Assembly: GCA_038065075.1 (NCBI GenBank)
Contig: JBBTRQ010000019.1
Location: 9,456 to 73,455 of the forward strand
DNA length: 64,000 nucleotides
Reading direction: 5' to 3'
DNA from: Patescibacteria group bacterium
GTDB lineage: Bacteria > Patescibacteriota > Patescibacteriia > UBA9934 > GWF2-40-263
Below, piece after piece: positions 38,070-48,564 of the stretch. The notes beneath the pieces were generated by a model. The model was not told the origin of the DNA and did not search any database. It worked only from the letters and a program-made list of their open reading frames with translations. Position 1 is the first letter of the stretch; every line of letters starts with the position of its first letter. The translations under genes were made by a program, and so were the position numbers.

Positions 38070-39437
38070 CTACCATTCATGACTACTCTGATATTCCGGC
38101 ACGATCACCTCCGTTTTGAGCTTGTGTCGAAGGTGTGTGGCGAAGACCTCCTTGGCCTCCGGATCGCCGTGCACGAGAAAAATCTTTTTTGGAATCTTGC
38201 CGTCTTCGGGCTTGAGCCAGCGCGTGAGCTTGTTCATGTCCGCGTGCGCCGAGAAGGCGCCGATCGCGCTTACTTGCGCGTGCACCTCCACGTCCTCGCC
38301 AAAAATCCGCACCTTCTTCGCCCCTTCGTACAACTTTCGCCCCGTCGTCCCCTGCGCCTGGTAGCCGATGATGAGCAGACGGTTGTTCTTGCCTGGGAGA
38401 TAGCGGATCAGGTGATGCATGATGCGTCCACCCGACATCATCCCGGAACCCGCGACGATAATTTTGGGTGGCACGGCATCGTTGATTGATTTGGACTCTT
38501 CCACAGAGAGAGTCTCGCGCAAATTCGGAAAGCTGAAGAAGTCCTTGTCGGGATCCTTCAGAATGGATTCATCGAATTTCAAAAACTGTTTGAAGTGTCG
38601 GTAGAGCGCCGTAGCCTTAATCGCCATCGGACTATCCAGATAAATCGGGAGCTTCGTGTGGAGGTCTTCTAAAAGAAGTTTGTTGATTTCGTACAGGAGC
38701 TCTTGCGTACGCTCGATCGAAAACGCTGGGATCATCAAGACCCCGCGAAGTTTGATGATATCTTGAATCGCCTCCTTCAACTTGGCTCCGCGCGTGTCCA
38801 TGCCCTCGTGTTCGCGGTGTCCGTAGGTCGATTCGCAGATGACGATGTCCGCATGGGAGATCGGTTCGGTGTCGGGAAGAATCGGCACGTCGTCGTTACC
38901 AATGTCCCCAGAGAAGACCACACGCTCTCCTTGTGCATCCACCGAGATGTAACTTGAGCCCAGCACATGACCCGCTTCATGAAAGACAACGGTCACCCCA
39001 GGCCACAGGTCGATATGCTCATGATAGGTCACGCTTTTGACTTGCGCGAACGCGCGCTCCAGATCTTCGAGTTCGTACAAGACCGAGCTCCCACATTTTT
39101 CTGCTTCTTCCTTCATGATGTGGTGTGCGTCCTCAAGCACCAATTTCGCCAAACCCACGCACGGCTCCACCATGTAGATCGGTCCCGTGAATCCTTCTTT
39201 CACGAGCTTAGGCAGACGCCCGGTGTGGTCGGCATGCGGATGGGAAACAAAAACGGCTTCAATCGCGGAAGCATCGAACTTAAACGCATCCTGGTTCTTG
39301 TTGCCGCACATGTGTTCCCCCTGGAACATGCCGCAATCAAACAGGATCGCGTGCGACTTTTTTTCCGCATCGAGAAACTCTAACCGATGGCATGAGCCCG
39401 TCACCTCCCTCGCGGCCCCATGAAATGAAATGTTCAT
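38070..39437 (-). CDS. Metallo-beta-lactamase fold / beta-CASP ribonuclease (RNase J/CPSF-like)
   Basis: HxHxDH motif (VSHPHADHTG) and beta-CASP region with conserved D/H. 455 aa. Confidence 0.65.
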   Translation of the reverse strand: MNISFHGAAREVTGSCHRLEFLDAEKKSHAILFDCGMFQGEHMCGNKNQDAFKFDASAIEAVFVSHPHADHTGRLPKLVKEGFTGPIYMVEPCVGLAKLVLEDAHHIMKEEAEKCGSSVLYELEDLERAFAQVKSVTYHEHIDLWPGVTVVFHEAGHVLGSSYISVDAQGERVVFSGDIGNDDVPILPDTEPISHADIVICESTYGHREHEGMDTRGAKLKEAIQDIIKLRGVLMIPAFSIERTQELLYEINKLLLEDLHTKLPIYLDSPMAIKATALYRHFKQFLKFDESILKDPDKDFFSFPNLRETLSVEESKSINDAVPPKIIVAGSGMMSGGRIMHHLIRYLPGKNNRLLIIGYQAQGTTGRKLYEGAKKVRIFGEDVEVHAQVSAIGAFSAHADMNKLTRWLKPEDGKIPKKIFLVHGDPEAKEVFATHLRHKLKTEVIVPEYQSSHEW

Positions 39438-39868
39438 AGACGTCTTTCAGAAATGATCTCGAAGGTCGAAAGAACGGCCAGGGAGGCAATAGTCACTTGA
39501 GAGAGCAGGCACACGATGCACCACGCAAAGAGCACGAACGCCTCAAGACTCGTCAGGTATAAGGCAAACGCGAGGCCTCCGTACGAAGCCAGCACAAGAA
39601 ACAACGAGAGACTCTTGTCTTGAGGGTTCTTCCGTTTCATCAACGCGCCAATAAACACCAAAGCATATCCTACGACCCCAATAGCCGCCACCGGAATCTC
39701 GAAGATCTCCGAGTAGGGACCTTGATTCACGATGTCACAACTAAACGTATCGCTCAGGTTGCAGATCGCTCCGGATGTAAAGCCGGTCTTGTGCGCGAGC
39801 GAGTAGGTCGAAAGCACGACCCCAAATAGGGCAAGGCCAATGATCCAGTTAAGACGTGTCTTGTTCAT
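39434..39868 (-). CDS. Vitamin K epoxide reductase (VKOR)-like membrane protein
   Basis: 4-TM protein with Cys pairs, including the CIVC active-site-like motif. Confidence 0.6.
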   Translation of the reverse strand: MNKTRLNWIIGLALFGVVLSTYSLAHKTGFTSGAICNLSDTFSCDIVNQGPYSEIFEIPVAAIGVVGYALVFIGALMKRKNPQDKSLSLFLVLASYGGLAFALYLTSLEAFVLFAWCIVCLLSQVTIASLAVLSTFEIISERRL

Positions 39869-39871
39869 ACG

Positions 39872-40261
39872 CTACGGCAGGGCGCATCCTGACTCTTGCG
39901 CCAGAGTTTCCAGACTCTGTTCACCGCTTGCCCGCGATCCATCCGAGAACTCCCAGGTTGGATAGCCCTGGATCCCCGCATCTTGGCACGTCTGATTCAT
40001 GGTGCGCGCGGCCGTCGAACACTCAATGTAATTCACGTTGTCGAACGCGCTCCCAAAAAGATCTTTTTGATTCTCACAATGCGGACACCACCACGCTCCG
40101 TACATCGTCACCCCGGCGGTGGTCAGGCACCCAGCGAACTCATCGTACGGTGATGGGGCACTCTGGCCGACAGAGCTATTGGCGGCAAAGACAATCAAAC
40201 CCACAACCACCAGCACCGCGGCTCCATACAAATAATAAGAGGATTGTTTCGACTTAGACAT
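39872..40261 (-). CDS. Thioredoxin-fold protein (VKOR partner)
   Basis: N-terminal TM anchor and a WCPHC redox motif. Confidence 0.6.
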   Translation of the reverse strand: MSKSKQSSYYLYGAAVLVVVGLIVFAANSSVGQSAPSPYDEFAGCLTTAGVTMYGAWWCPHCENQKDLFGSAFDNVNYIECSTAARTMNQTCQDAGIQGYPTWEFSDGSRASGEQSLETLAQESGCALP

Positions 40262-40338
40262 ATGCGCCTAGTATACTTGATAAAAATCGATTTTTCGAGT
40301 AGCCTCGATCCGTTACCTGTAGTGAGCAACGTCGAACT

Positions 40339-41445
40339 ATGAAGCTTGACTGGTCACAACTCCCCCGACCCATCATCGCGCTCTCCCCCATGGCCGACAT
40401 GACGGACAGTGCGTTTTGTCGTGTTGTTCGAGCCATCGAACAACACGACCCTGAGCGATCCCGAGCTTGTCGAGGGGGAGTCGAAGGGTGCAGGCAGGTT
40501 GTTCTCTTCCGCGAGATGGTCTCCGCTGAGGCAGTCGTGCGCGGCAACGACAAGACACTCAACATGACCGACATCCACCCTGACGAGCGGCCGCTCGTGC
40601 AACAGCTCTTTGGAAGCGACCCGCAGACGATGGCAGAGGCGGCGCGTATCATCCAAGAGCAACACCACCCTGAGGGCTTCGACGTAAACATGGGATGTCC
40701 CGTGTACAAGATCGTACACAACTTCAACGGCGCGGCGCTCATGAAGGAACCAGAGCTCGCGACGAAGATCATCCAAGCGATGAAAGCCTCTACGACCGTT
40801 CCACTCTCGATCAAGATCCGTACCGGCTGGGATGACCCTCGTGAGTGCATCGAGTTTTCAAAAGTCGTGGAAGCGGCAGGCGCCGACCTCATCACCCTGC
40901 ACGGTCGAACAAAGTCCCAAGGTTACTCGGGACAGTCGGATTGGAACCTGATTGGCGAGGTGAAGAAGGGCCTTTCGATTCCCCTCTTGGCCAACGGCGA
41001 TATCCACACACCTCCATTGACTTTGAAAGCGCTGGAAACAACGGGAGCCGACGGCGTCTTGATTGCGCGAGGAGCGCTTGGCAACCCGTGGATTTTTTCT
41101 CAGATCGAGGATCTTCTCGGAGGCCGGGAGCCCAAGGCGGTGACACTTGAGGAACGCGTGCGGGTTGTGAAACAACATCTCGTGTATCACATCGAGCAAT
41201 ACGGGGACCCCTCGACGGGGCTCGGGGCGGGACGCGGCGTGGTCACATTCCGAAAACATCTCTCGTGGTACTTCCGCGGGATCAATGGCGCCAAGCCGTA
41301 TAAGGACCGATTACACACGGCCACGACGAGCAAAGAGATCAACATGATTCTGGGCGAGATGTTACTCGAGGGACTCGTGGACGGACTCTCGACTCGTGAC
41401 GCCCTGCATCCTCAAGCGGCAGAACGCGCCTTCATGAAGAAATAA
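40339..41445 (+). CDS. dus: tRNA-dihydrouridine synthase
   Basis: 'ALSPMADMTDSAFCRVV' FMN-binding TIM-barrel N-terminus and length. Carries a diverged repeat-family-D insertion (HDPERSRACRGGVEG). Preceded by the conserved leader. Confidence 0.75.
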   Translation: MKLDWSQLPRPIIALSPMADMTDSAFCRVVRAIEQHDPERSRACRGGVEGCRQVVLFREMVSAEAVVRGNDKTLNMTDIHPDERPLVQQLFGSDPQTMAEAARIIQEQHHPEGFDVNMGCPVYKIVHNFNGAALMKEPELATKIIQAMKASTTVPLSIKIRTGWDDPRECIEFSKVVEAAGADLITLHGRTKSQGYSGQSDWNLIGEVKKGLSIPLLANGDIHTPPLTLKALETTGADGVLIARGALGNPWIFSQIEDLLGGREPKAVTLEERVRVVKQHLVYHIEQYGDPSTGLGAGRGVVTFRKHLSWYFRGINGAKPYKDRLHTATTSKEINMILGEMLLEGLVDGLSTRDALHPQAAERAFMKK

Positions 41446-41470
41446 TACTTGTAGTGAGCAACGTCGAACT

Positions 41471-42421
41471 ATGACCATCGGCATCCTCATTTTCTCCGAG
41501 CCACGCGACGAAGTGTACACAGGCGTTGACCGTCTTGTTTCAGCTGGACAAGCGGCAGGCCACACCGTCGTCAAACTCTACGAGCCGCACCTCTCTTTCC
41601 TGTGTCATCCCGTCTTCGACTCCGAGGTCGCTCAGACTCGAGGAGAGCGAGCAGAGCGAGCCGAGGGATCTCCTCACGTCGCGACAATCCTTCACGAGGG
41701 CCAACCGCTTCCAAAACTCGATATCATCATCTCGCGACCGAACTTCGTCGAGGAACCGAGCCTGCGCACCTATGCCGTCCAGATGTTGGAGCGGGCTGGC
41801 TACCGAGTTATCAACGGCCGCCCTGGGTACACCTGGGCAAAAAATAAGCTCACGCAACACGTGTTATTTGCACAGCATGACCTCCCCTGTCCGCGTTGGG
41901 GAATCGCCCGTAGACCGGAAGATACCGTCGCGATCGCGAAGACCATCGGATTCCCGGTGATCGTAAAAGTGGCGTTTGGCACGCACGGCAAGGGCGTGTT
42001 CCTGGCCAAGGACGAGGAGTCTCTCTGGCCGATTGTGGACTATCTGGGTATCCGTGATGGGAACCCTATGATCGTTGAAGAGTTTATCGCGGAGGCTCGG
42101 TCGAGTGACCTGCGAGCATTCGTCATTGGCGGTGAGGTCGTCGGGGCGATGCAGAGAACAGCCGCGGTCGGAGACACGCGAGCAAACACCTCCAGCGGCG
42201 GAACAGGATCGCCGATTGAACTCACACAAGCGGAACAAGCTCTGGCGATCCGCGCCGCCAAGGTGTTTGACCTTGAAATCGCTGGCGTGGATCTCATTCG
42301 TTCAAAACAGGGTCCTCTCCTGCTCGAAGTAAATGGAAACCCCGGCTTCCGAGAACTCGAAAAGGTCACGAGCCTCGACATCGCTCACAAGATCATTGAC
42401 TACGCGGTCGGTCAGTCGTAA
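41471..42421 (+). CDS. ATP-grasp enzyme, RimK-like (alpha-L-glutamate ligase family)
   Basis: ATP-grasp motifs (FPVIVKVAFGTHGKGVFL ... LEVNGNPGF). Carries a diverged repeat-family-D insertion (GERAERAEGS). Preceded by the conserved leader. Confidence 0.65.
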   Translation: MTIGILIFSEPRDEVYTGVDRLVSAGQAAGHTVVKLYEPHLSFLCHPVFDSEVAQTRGERAERAEGSPHVATILHEGQPLPKLDIIISRPNFVEEPSLRTYAVQMLERAGYRVINGRPGYTWAKNKLTQHVLFAQHDLPCPRWGIARRPEDTVAIAKTIGFPVIVKVAFGTHGKGVFLAKDEESLWPIVDYLGIRDGNPMIVEEFIAEARSSDLRAFVIGGEVVGAMQRTAAVGDTRANTSSGGTGSPIELTQAEQALAIRAAKVFDLEIAGVDLIRSKQGPLLLEVNGNPGFRELEKVTSLDIAHKIIDYAVGQS

Positions 42422-42461
42422 TTGGGGTCAGGTCTGTACGTGAACTTTTAAGTGTATGGAT

Positions 42462-43496
42462 CTAGTCCCTCCTCTGCTTAATAGCTGTTCTTCGTGATGG
42501 CACAATAACAACGGGGTAGTCAGTTAATGCCCGAGCCTCGTCTACCACACCCCGTTCTAATATGACATCCTCCGGGGATATAAAATAGACAAAACTCGTC
42601 TTGTACGGTTCGGCAGGATTTTTTCCGGCGTAAAGACAGAGTCGCAAATAGGTTTCCAAAAAATGTTTTGGGTCGTATGACGGTTCTGTATACTCGACTG
42701 GATTGCGCCCTCCATCACCCAAAGCACTATCATTCGACAACTGTGCAGACCTAAGTTCTACTCGGCCGTCTTGTTGAATAATTTCGTACACGTCATGAGC
42801 GGGCCCTCGTCCCTTAACGCCGAGATCGTTTAGCACGTTCGTAACGCTATCACTACTAACGGCACCTCTAAAATACAAAACAAAGCGACTCCCCTCGAAA
42901 AGCTTAAATGAAGCTGGCAATGCCTTCAGAGTAGCAAGCGTGTTTAGCATCTCTTCTAACTTACCTGAACGCAAGGCATTCAATAGGTCTTTAGATTCAA
43001 TGTAGTATTTGTAATCCTGAGGCACGCTAGGCACCTCAGACTGTTTTTCAACCTCATAGTAACGGCCAAACTCACTATCATGAAAATGATAATCCCTAAC
43101 AAAGTCTTTATAAAGCTGGCCTATCTCTTTTCGCTCAGCTGAAGTCAGTTCTTCCAGACTTTCCAAACTATGTCGTTGTAAAAAATCTTGATGAAGCCAC
43201 CTAGGCAGTGCAATCTTTGGTGCGGGCCCCCGAAAAAAAGGAGTGTGACGAATGTAAACTCCACCAATAAAACCCGTATTTGCTAACTGGCTTACGAAGC
43301 GTTCAATCTTCGGATCTTTAATTGCCTCGTCTGGATCCGCATCGAGCAAAGAAAGAAAATGGGCTACTTCGCGTGCCGATTCGTTAAATTGTTCAGGAAA
43401 CTCAACATGATTTTCTGTCTCAATCTTCAGTCCACGATTCTCTGAGCCGTCTTCTCTAGACGACCTCGATTCATATTCTTTATGTCTCCGTAACAT
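42462..43496 (-). CDS. Hypothetical protein (344 aa) in an AT-shifted segment next to tRNA-Gln
   Basis: No recognisable domain. Composition differs from its neighbours. Confidence 0.4.
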   Translation of the reverse strand: MLRRHKEYESRSSREDGSENRGLKIETENHVEFPEQFNESAREVAHFLSLLDADPDEAIKDPKIERFVSQLANTGFIGGVYIRHTPFFRGPAPKIALPRWLHQDFLQRHSLESLEELTSAERKEIGQLYKDFVRDYHFHDSEFGRYYEVEKQSEVPSVPQDYKYYIESKDLLNALRSGKLEEMLNTLATLKALPASFKLFEGSRFVLYFRGAVSSDSVTNVLNDLGVKGRGPAHDVYEIIQQDGRVELRSAQLSNDSALGDGGRNPVEYTEPSYDPKHFLETYLRLCLYAGKNPAEPYKTSFVYFISPEDVILERGVVDEARALTDYPVVIVPSRRTAIKQRRD

Positions 43497-43604
43497 AAGT
43501 GAATAGTTATCTGCTATTTAGGAAAGTCTATCGATCTGAACTAAAGATTCACTGCAAGAGATGGTAGGTCTCCACCGTCCACTTCTTAAGATATACTATA
43601 CAAC

Positions 43605-43634
43605 AAAAACAGATCGCACTAGCGATCTGTTTTT
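43605..43634. terminator. Bidirectional terminator hairpin downstream of tRNA-Gln
   Basis: ACAGATCGC-acta-GCGATCTGT flanked by A5 and T5. Confidence 0.55.
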
Positions 43635-43636
43635 GT

Positions 43637-43710
43637 TGGTTCCCGAGCAGGGATTCGAACCCCGATTAGCTGATTCAGAGTCAGCTGTCCTGCCCTTAGA
43701 CGACTCGGGA
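43637..43710 (-). tRNA. tRNA-Gln (anticodon CTG), CCA encoded
   Basis: Reverse complement has acceptor TCCCGAG/CTCGGGA, anticodon loop CTCTGAA, T-loop GGTTCGAATCC, and a 3' ACCA. Confidence 0.75.
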
Positions 43711-43770
43711 GTATCATTGGAGAACGGCGAAAGAGTAACATTCACGTGCCTCATCGTCAACGAACCCTCT

Positions 43771-45333
43771 TTACACAACACTCCCACCAAACTCCTGCAG
43801 AAGCTCGCCGACGGTATCGTCTGCCTGCACACCGATCTTTTTCTGAATCGCCTTCACTCGCAAACGCTTCCCAAGAACTTGTTCGAAGACCCCTTCAATC
43901 AGTTTACGATTTTTGTCTTGATTCACCGCCTCCACGTAGAGACCATACTCAAACCCGAGTTCCACCCGCTCGCCCTCGACGCCAGAAACTTCACATCCCT
44001 GCATCATCATGGGCAGTGACGCGTTACACGACTTGATCTGTTCGTACACTTCCGGCCATTTGTTCTTCACCTCCTCGAGGCTGATAACGGGGACGGAGTC
44101 GAAGACGGTGTCGACGGCCTCGAGATCCCTCGACTCCCCTTCGACTCGCTTCGCTCGCTCAGGGTCGCTCGGGATGACACATACTGGTTTGGGCTGCGAC
44201 TCCACTCGGCTTGAAACAACCTCCTGCTTCTTAAAATCCTGTGGCTCGACTCGAGATCCCTCGGCTCGGTCGTCGGACGACCTCGCTCGGGATGACACAG
44301 AGGAAGAGACCCCACACACGTTGATAATGGCGAGCTCAACCGGAAGTTGCGGGATGTTCTCGCTGTATCGAGCCCGTTGTGCCTCTAGCAGGTGCTCGAT
44401 GGCAGACTGGAGAAACCCGACGTCAAACGTCCCGGTCCCCCCAACAGACTCAAGCAACCGATCCCGCAACCACGAAATCGTCTCGGAAACAAAGTTTCGG
44501 AGGTCGACACCTTGTTCGAGAGACTCGTTGAGTTGCGTGATGGCCTGCGCGGCGTTGTGTGACTGAAGGGACGAAACAAACTGTTCAATCAAAACGGTTT
44601 GCGTGGCTGGGAGAACCAACGACGCCTCCTTCATGCCGATTTCCTTATCCCCCAATGAGAGGACCTGTCCCAGAAGACTCTCGGCATCGCGAGCGCATCC
44701 ACCGCTGTGTCGCGCAATCTCTCGTAGAACCGCCTCATCGACCTTCACGCCTTCCTCTTTGACGATCCCTTTCATGCGCGCCACAAGCCCATCAACAGAA
44801 ATACGCTTGAAGTCGAATCGCTGACAGCGACTGATAATGGTCTCGGGAACCTTGTGGATCTCGGTCGTTGCCAGGATAAACACCACATGCGCGGGCGGCT
44901 CCTCGAGCGTTTTCAACAGCGCGTTGAACGCCGACGTCGACAGCATGTGTACCTCGTCGATGATATACACTTTCTTCTTCAATACGTTGGGAGCAAATCG
45001 AACCGAGTCGATGATGGTCTCCCTCACGTTCTCCACGCCGGTATTGGACGCCGCATCAATTTCGTACACATCAAGCGCCTGACCACTCGCGATCGACACG
45101 CAGGCCTCACACGTATTACACGGCTCGTTCTTCTTGGGCGAAAGACAATTCACCAGCTTGGCGATGAGCCGAGCCGTTGTTGTTTTTCCCACACCTCGCG
45201 GACCCGTAAACAAATAGGCGTGAGCGATGGAGCCCGTCGCCTGTTGGTTCTGGATGGTCCGAACCACATGCTCCTGCCCGCTCACCTCCTGAAATGTTTT
45301 GGGTCGATAGGTGCGATAAATCGCCTGTCCCAT
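43771..45333 (-). CDS. dnaX: DNA polymerase III subunit gamma/tau
   Basis: Walker A GPRGVGKTT, DEVHML, Zn-binding CNTCEAC. The linker carries two in-frame family-D repeat copies (PERAKRVEGESRDLE ...). Confidence 0.85.
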   Translation of the reverse strand: MGQAIYRTYRPKTFQEVSGQEHVVRTIQNQQATGSIAHAYLFTGPRGVGKTTTARLIAKLVNCLSPKKNEPCNTCEACVSIASGQALDVYEIDAASNTGVENVRETIIDSVRFAPNVLKKKVYIIDEVHMLSTSAFNALLKTLEEPPAHVVFILATTEIHKVPETIISRCQRFDFKRISVDGLVARMKGIVKEEGVKVDEAVLREIARHSGGCARDAESLLGQVLSLGDKEIGMKEASLVLPATQTVLIEQFVSSLQSHNAAQAITQLNESLEQGVDLRNFVSETISWLRDRLLESVGGTGTFDVGFLQSAIEHLLEAQRARYSENIPQLPVELAIINVCGVSSSVSSRARSSDDRAEGSRVEPQDFKKQEVVSSRVESQPKPVCVIPSDPERAKRVEGESRDLEAVDTVFDSVPVISLEEVKNKWPEVYEQIKSCNASLPMMMQGCEVSGVEGERVELGFEYGLYVEAVNQDKNRKLIEGVFEQVLGKRLRVKAIQKKIGVQADDTVGELLQEFGGSVV

Positions 45334-45338
45334 AGTTC

Positions 45339-45957
45339 CTATTGATTCAATCTCTCAAGCGCCGCCCACACAGAGGTTCCTCCGCTTGGTACGAGGATCA
45401 CAACTTCATCTCCCAAAATTCCTTTGAAGTATGAAACACTCGCCGCAAGGACTTTATACACGTCTTCCTCTACCTGGACAATCGGTTCCTGTGTGGACGA
45501 ATCGATCCCGAGTCTTCCGACCAAGCGACGACGTTCCACCGGGCCGATCTGCTTGAAGACATAACTCCCGTCAGGCTTCACCATGAGCTTCAACATGTCC
45601 CCTTCAACGAGCTTGGACTTGGACGCATAGTTCTCTGGAACGTTGTAACGCACCCCATCCGCGCCGACCATCCCCTGTCCGTCAAACACGCCTTCGATCA
45701 CGCGCATGCCCATGCCGGACTCCAATTCAGACTCGTCCAGTTTTTTGCGTGAGACGAAGTCGACCATCTGCCGCGTCGCGCGCGCCGTGTCTCCTTCCTC
45801 TAACAGCTCAATCACGTGACTGAGGTTGTCACGCGTTTGCTTGAGCATCTGCAGAGCCAACCGCTGACGAGCATCGCCGTGCTCGCGGGTATTGGCGTGA
45901 ATTTCCACGTCCGGCTCCATCTCGAAATCAATTGTCTCCTCTTCGATATCGTGCATA
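45339..45957 (-). CDS. Hypothetical protein (~205 aa)
   Basis: Start placed at MHDIEEE, just behind a repeat-family-A copy that supplies GGAGG. The longer ORF would overlap the upstream gene by ~100 nt. Confidence 0.4.
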
Positions 45958-45966
45958 CCTCCGGTT

Positions 45967-46000
45967 CCCCTCCTTTTCAAGGAGGGGCTAGGGGTGGTTA
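45967..46000. repeat. Repeat family A copy in the 5' leader of 45339-45957
   Basis: CCCCTCCTTTTCAAGGAGGGGCTAGGGGTGGTTA. Confidence 0.65.
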
Positions 46001-46005
46001 AAATT

Positions 46006-48564
46006 TTAAAACTCACTCGCCTCTGGCATAGCTGGCGTCGCCCCACCACGATTCCCCAATGCGGTGCGTTCCATAATCTCGGCTTCGACAATCGAACGGT
46101 CACGGCCATACTTGAGGCGCGACAATTCCTTAATCGCGGTGGCGAGTTCCACGTCCCCTTTTGGTGGAGGCGTGAAGTTCATGGTGAATGGCTTCTGTTG
46201 GGCGTTGTCCACGATCATTTTAACGTACCAGGTGAATTTATCCGAATTGATCAGATCGTAGCCGGAAAACTCGGGCGAATAAATCTTCCCGAGCGTCTCC
46301 ACGTCCTCCGGTCCAATACGCGCGACAAAGTTCGTCCCGACGTTGCCGAACACGGCATCCTTAATCTTCGTGTCGTTATTTTTCACGAGTTGGCCGATGT
46401 ATTGGTGGGCGATGATGAGGTTCAGACGGTACTTACGCGCTTCAGACAGAATCGTCGCGATCGAATCGGTAATGTAGTTTTGAAACTCGTCGATGTAGAG
46501 ATAGAAGTCATGACGCTGATCCTCCGGCAAATCGGCTCGCGTGAGCGCGGCCATCTGAAGTTTCGAGACGATCACCAGACCGAGAAGCTCCGCGTTCACG
46601 TCTCCGGTTTTTCCCTTGGAGAGGTTCACGAGCAGAATCTTCTTGTTGTCCATGACTTCGCGGAAGTTGAAACTCGACCTACTCTGGCCGATGATGTTTC
46701 GCATCATCTCATTCTCAACGAAACGACCGACTTTGGACACGAGGTAGCCCATCATCTCGGATTTGTGATAGTCACTGGTGTTATCGATTTCATCTTCCCA
46801 GAACGAGCGCACCACGGGATCCTTCAGCTTCGCGCGCCACATATCCTGGAACTTCTTGTCCGTCACCATGCGCGGAATCTCAGCGATGGTTCCAGGGTTT
46901 TCCGGGTCGGACATGAGGGTGAGCATGAAGTTACGCATCTGGTGCTCGAACATCGGACCGATCATCTCTGGTGGAAACAGCTTGTAAAAAACAGAGATCA
47001 TTTCCTGCACGGCAAAATCTTTCATGGCGTCGTTTGGCGCCTCGAGCATATTGAGCCCCATAGGCCGTTCCATGTCCGACGGATTGAACACAATCACATC
47101 GTCCACACGATCCTTGGGGATGTTCGCCAAAATAAGTTCGATGAGATCCCCGTGCGGCTCCACCACGGCCACACCGTGACCGGCCTTGATATCCTGAATC
47201 GCCAACGCCGCAATGAGTTGCGACTTACCGGAACCAGACTTGCCCACGACATACATGTGCCGTGTGCGGTCGACCGACTTCATCCAGATCGGCGTCTTGA
47301 TGCCACGGAACATGTTATAGCCAAGCTCGATGTCGCCATCCTCTGGCCCAGGAATACCAGATGGTGCAGGACCTTTGCGCGCCCCGAGCCACTTGATGTT
47401 GGGCGTCTCTGTCCATGGCAAAGGCAGATGCCACAAACTCGCCATTTCCTCCGCGTTGAGAACGATTGTGTTGCTCTCGTTGAATCCGCGATAGATAAAG
47501 TCGCGGATAATACGCTTCTTGCGGCGCGGGACAACCTTCACGAACGAATTGCCGTACTCGTAGATATTGTACTGCGCGAACGCGTTAAGCATGTTCTGCA
47601 AAAGCGTCTGGGCGTTTGTGGCGGACCTAGAGGACGTCACGAGCCGAATGCACACATCCATCCCCGCCTTGCTCGCTTTTGTTTGCAGTCCCTTCACGAT
47701 CTGATCCTCCAGAGGTGAGAGTCGATATTCTTTTTCTGGTTCCTGCGGCTTGTCTCCCCCAAACCCCGTGAGCTCGGCCAAATTCGACTTGGACTTCTTC
47801 TTTCCCGCGATCGCCTCCTCCAGCTTCATGCCTTGCATCATGTTGGTGGCGATCTTCACGCCCTTCTTGCGCCACTTGCCATACGAAGAACGCACCAGGA
47901 ACTGGAATGCCGCTCCGTCGCCCTCGGGAATTTTGGAGAGCACGTTTGTGATGGCGTTGAGGGGATCCTTCTCCAACTCTGTATAGGTCTTGATCGGGAA
48001 GGCGTTTTGGCGTCGAAAAACCAGATGACTTCCTAAAATGTACCCCTCAGGCTGAAAGATATTGTAGTCCTCGACTTCTTCCGTGTAGGCGTCTGGATAG
48101 GCGGCCGAGAGTTGCTGTTCGACGAATTCGCGCAATTCAACCGGCGCACTCACGTAAAACTTGATGAGCTTCTTCTCGACGACGATCTCAAACGAAAACT
48201 CATCGTGCCGTCCCAGGAGCCAGGCTCTGAATCCGTGCTGGGCCGTCAATCCACCGACTGATGAAAAAAACGATTCCGCTGCCGCGATCCCCTCATGTAC
48301 TTGATCTTTCGTGGGACCACGCTCGCTCTCCTCCTCATGACGGAATTTCGGCAGGGTCACCAACAGCGTCACTCGACGAAACGTGGCCTGTTTGGCAAGG
48401 GATATTCGTCGAAGAAAAAATCTCACCACAAACAACAGTCCAACAACAATGGCGAGTCCGAGCACGACCCACAAAATCACCCCGGCAATAAAAAGATCCC
48501 CCTGGGCCGCGGCGCGCACGGGATCCGGTTGTGTCTGAAGTCCGAACTGAAAGAGGTACATCAC
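46006..48564 (-). CDS. VirB4/TraC-like (HerA/FtsK superfamily) ATPase with an N-terminal membrane anchor
   Basis: N-terminal TM helices, Walker A GKSGSGKS and Walker B-like 'LYIDEFQN'. 852 aa. Confidence 0.6.
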   Translation of the reverse strand: MMYLFQFGLQTQPDPVRAAAQGDLFIAGVILWVVLGLAIVVGLLFVVRFFLRRISLAKQATFRRVTLLVTLPKFRHEEESERGPTKDQVHEGIAAAESFFSSVGGLTAQHGFRAWLLGRHDEFSFEIVVEKKLIKFYVSAPVELREFVEQQLSAAYPDAYTEEVEDYNIFQPEGYILGSHLVFRRQNAFPIKTYTELEKDPLNAITNVLSKIPEGDGAAFQFLVRSSYGKWRKKGVKIATNMMQGMKLEEAIAGKKKSKSNLAELTGFGGDKPQEPEKEYRLSPLEDQIVKGLQTKASKAGMDVCIRLVTSSRSATNAQTLLQNMLNAFAQYNIYEYGNSFVKVVPRRKKRIIRDFIYRGFNESNTIVLNAEEMASLWHLPLPWTETPNIKWLGARKGPAPSGIPGPEDGDIELGYNMFRGIKTPIWMKSVDRTRHMYVVGKSGSGKSQLIAALAIQDIKAGHGVAVVEPHGDLIELILANIPKDRVDDVIVFNPSDMERPMGLNMLEAPNDAMKDFAVQEMISVFYKLFPPEMIGPMFEHQMRNFMLTLMSDPENPGTIAEIPRMVTDKKFQDMWRAKLKDPVVRSFWEDEIDNTSDYHKSEMMGYLVSKVGRFVENEMMRNIIGQSRSSFNFREVMDNKKILLVNLSKGKTGDVNAELLGLVIVSKLQMAALTRADLPEDQRHDFYLYIDEFQNYITDSIATILSEARKYRLNLIIAHQYIGQLVKNNDTKIKDAVFGNVGTNFVARIGPEDVETLGKIYSPEFSGYDLINSDKFTWYVKMIVDNAQQKPFTMNFTPPPKGDVELATAIKELSRLKYGRDRSIVEAEIMERTALGNRGGATPAMPEASEF

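Noticed and set aside
45994-47718. 574-aa + strand ORF antisense to the VirB4-like ATPase
   Set aside because: Its His/Arg-rich translation has no motifs. The minus-strand frame carries Walker motifs and TM helices.
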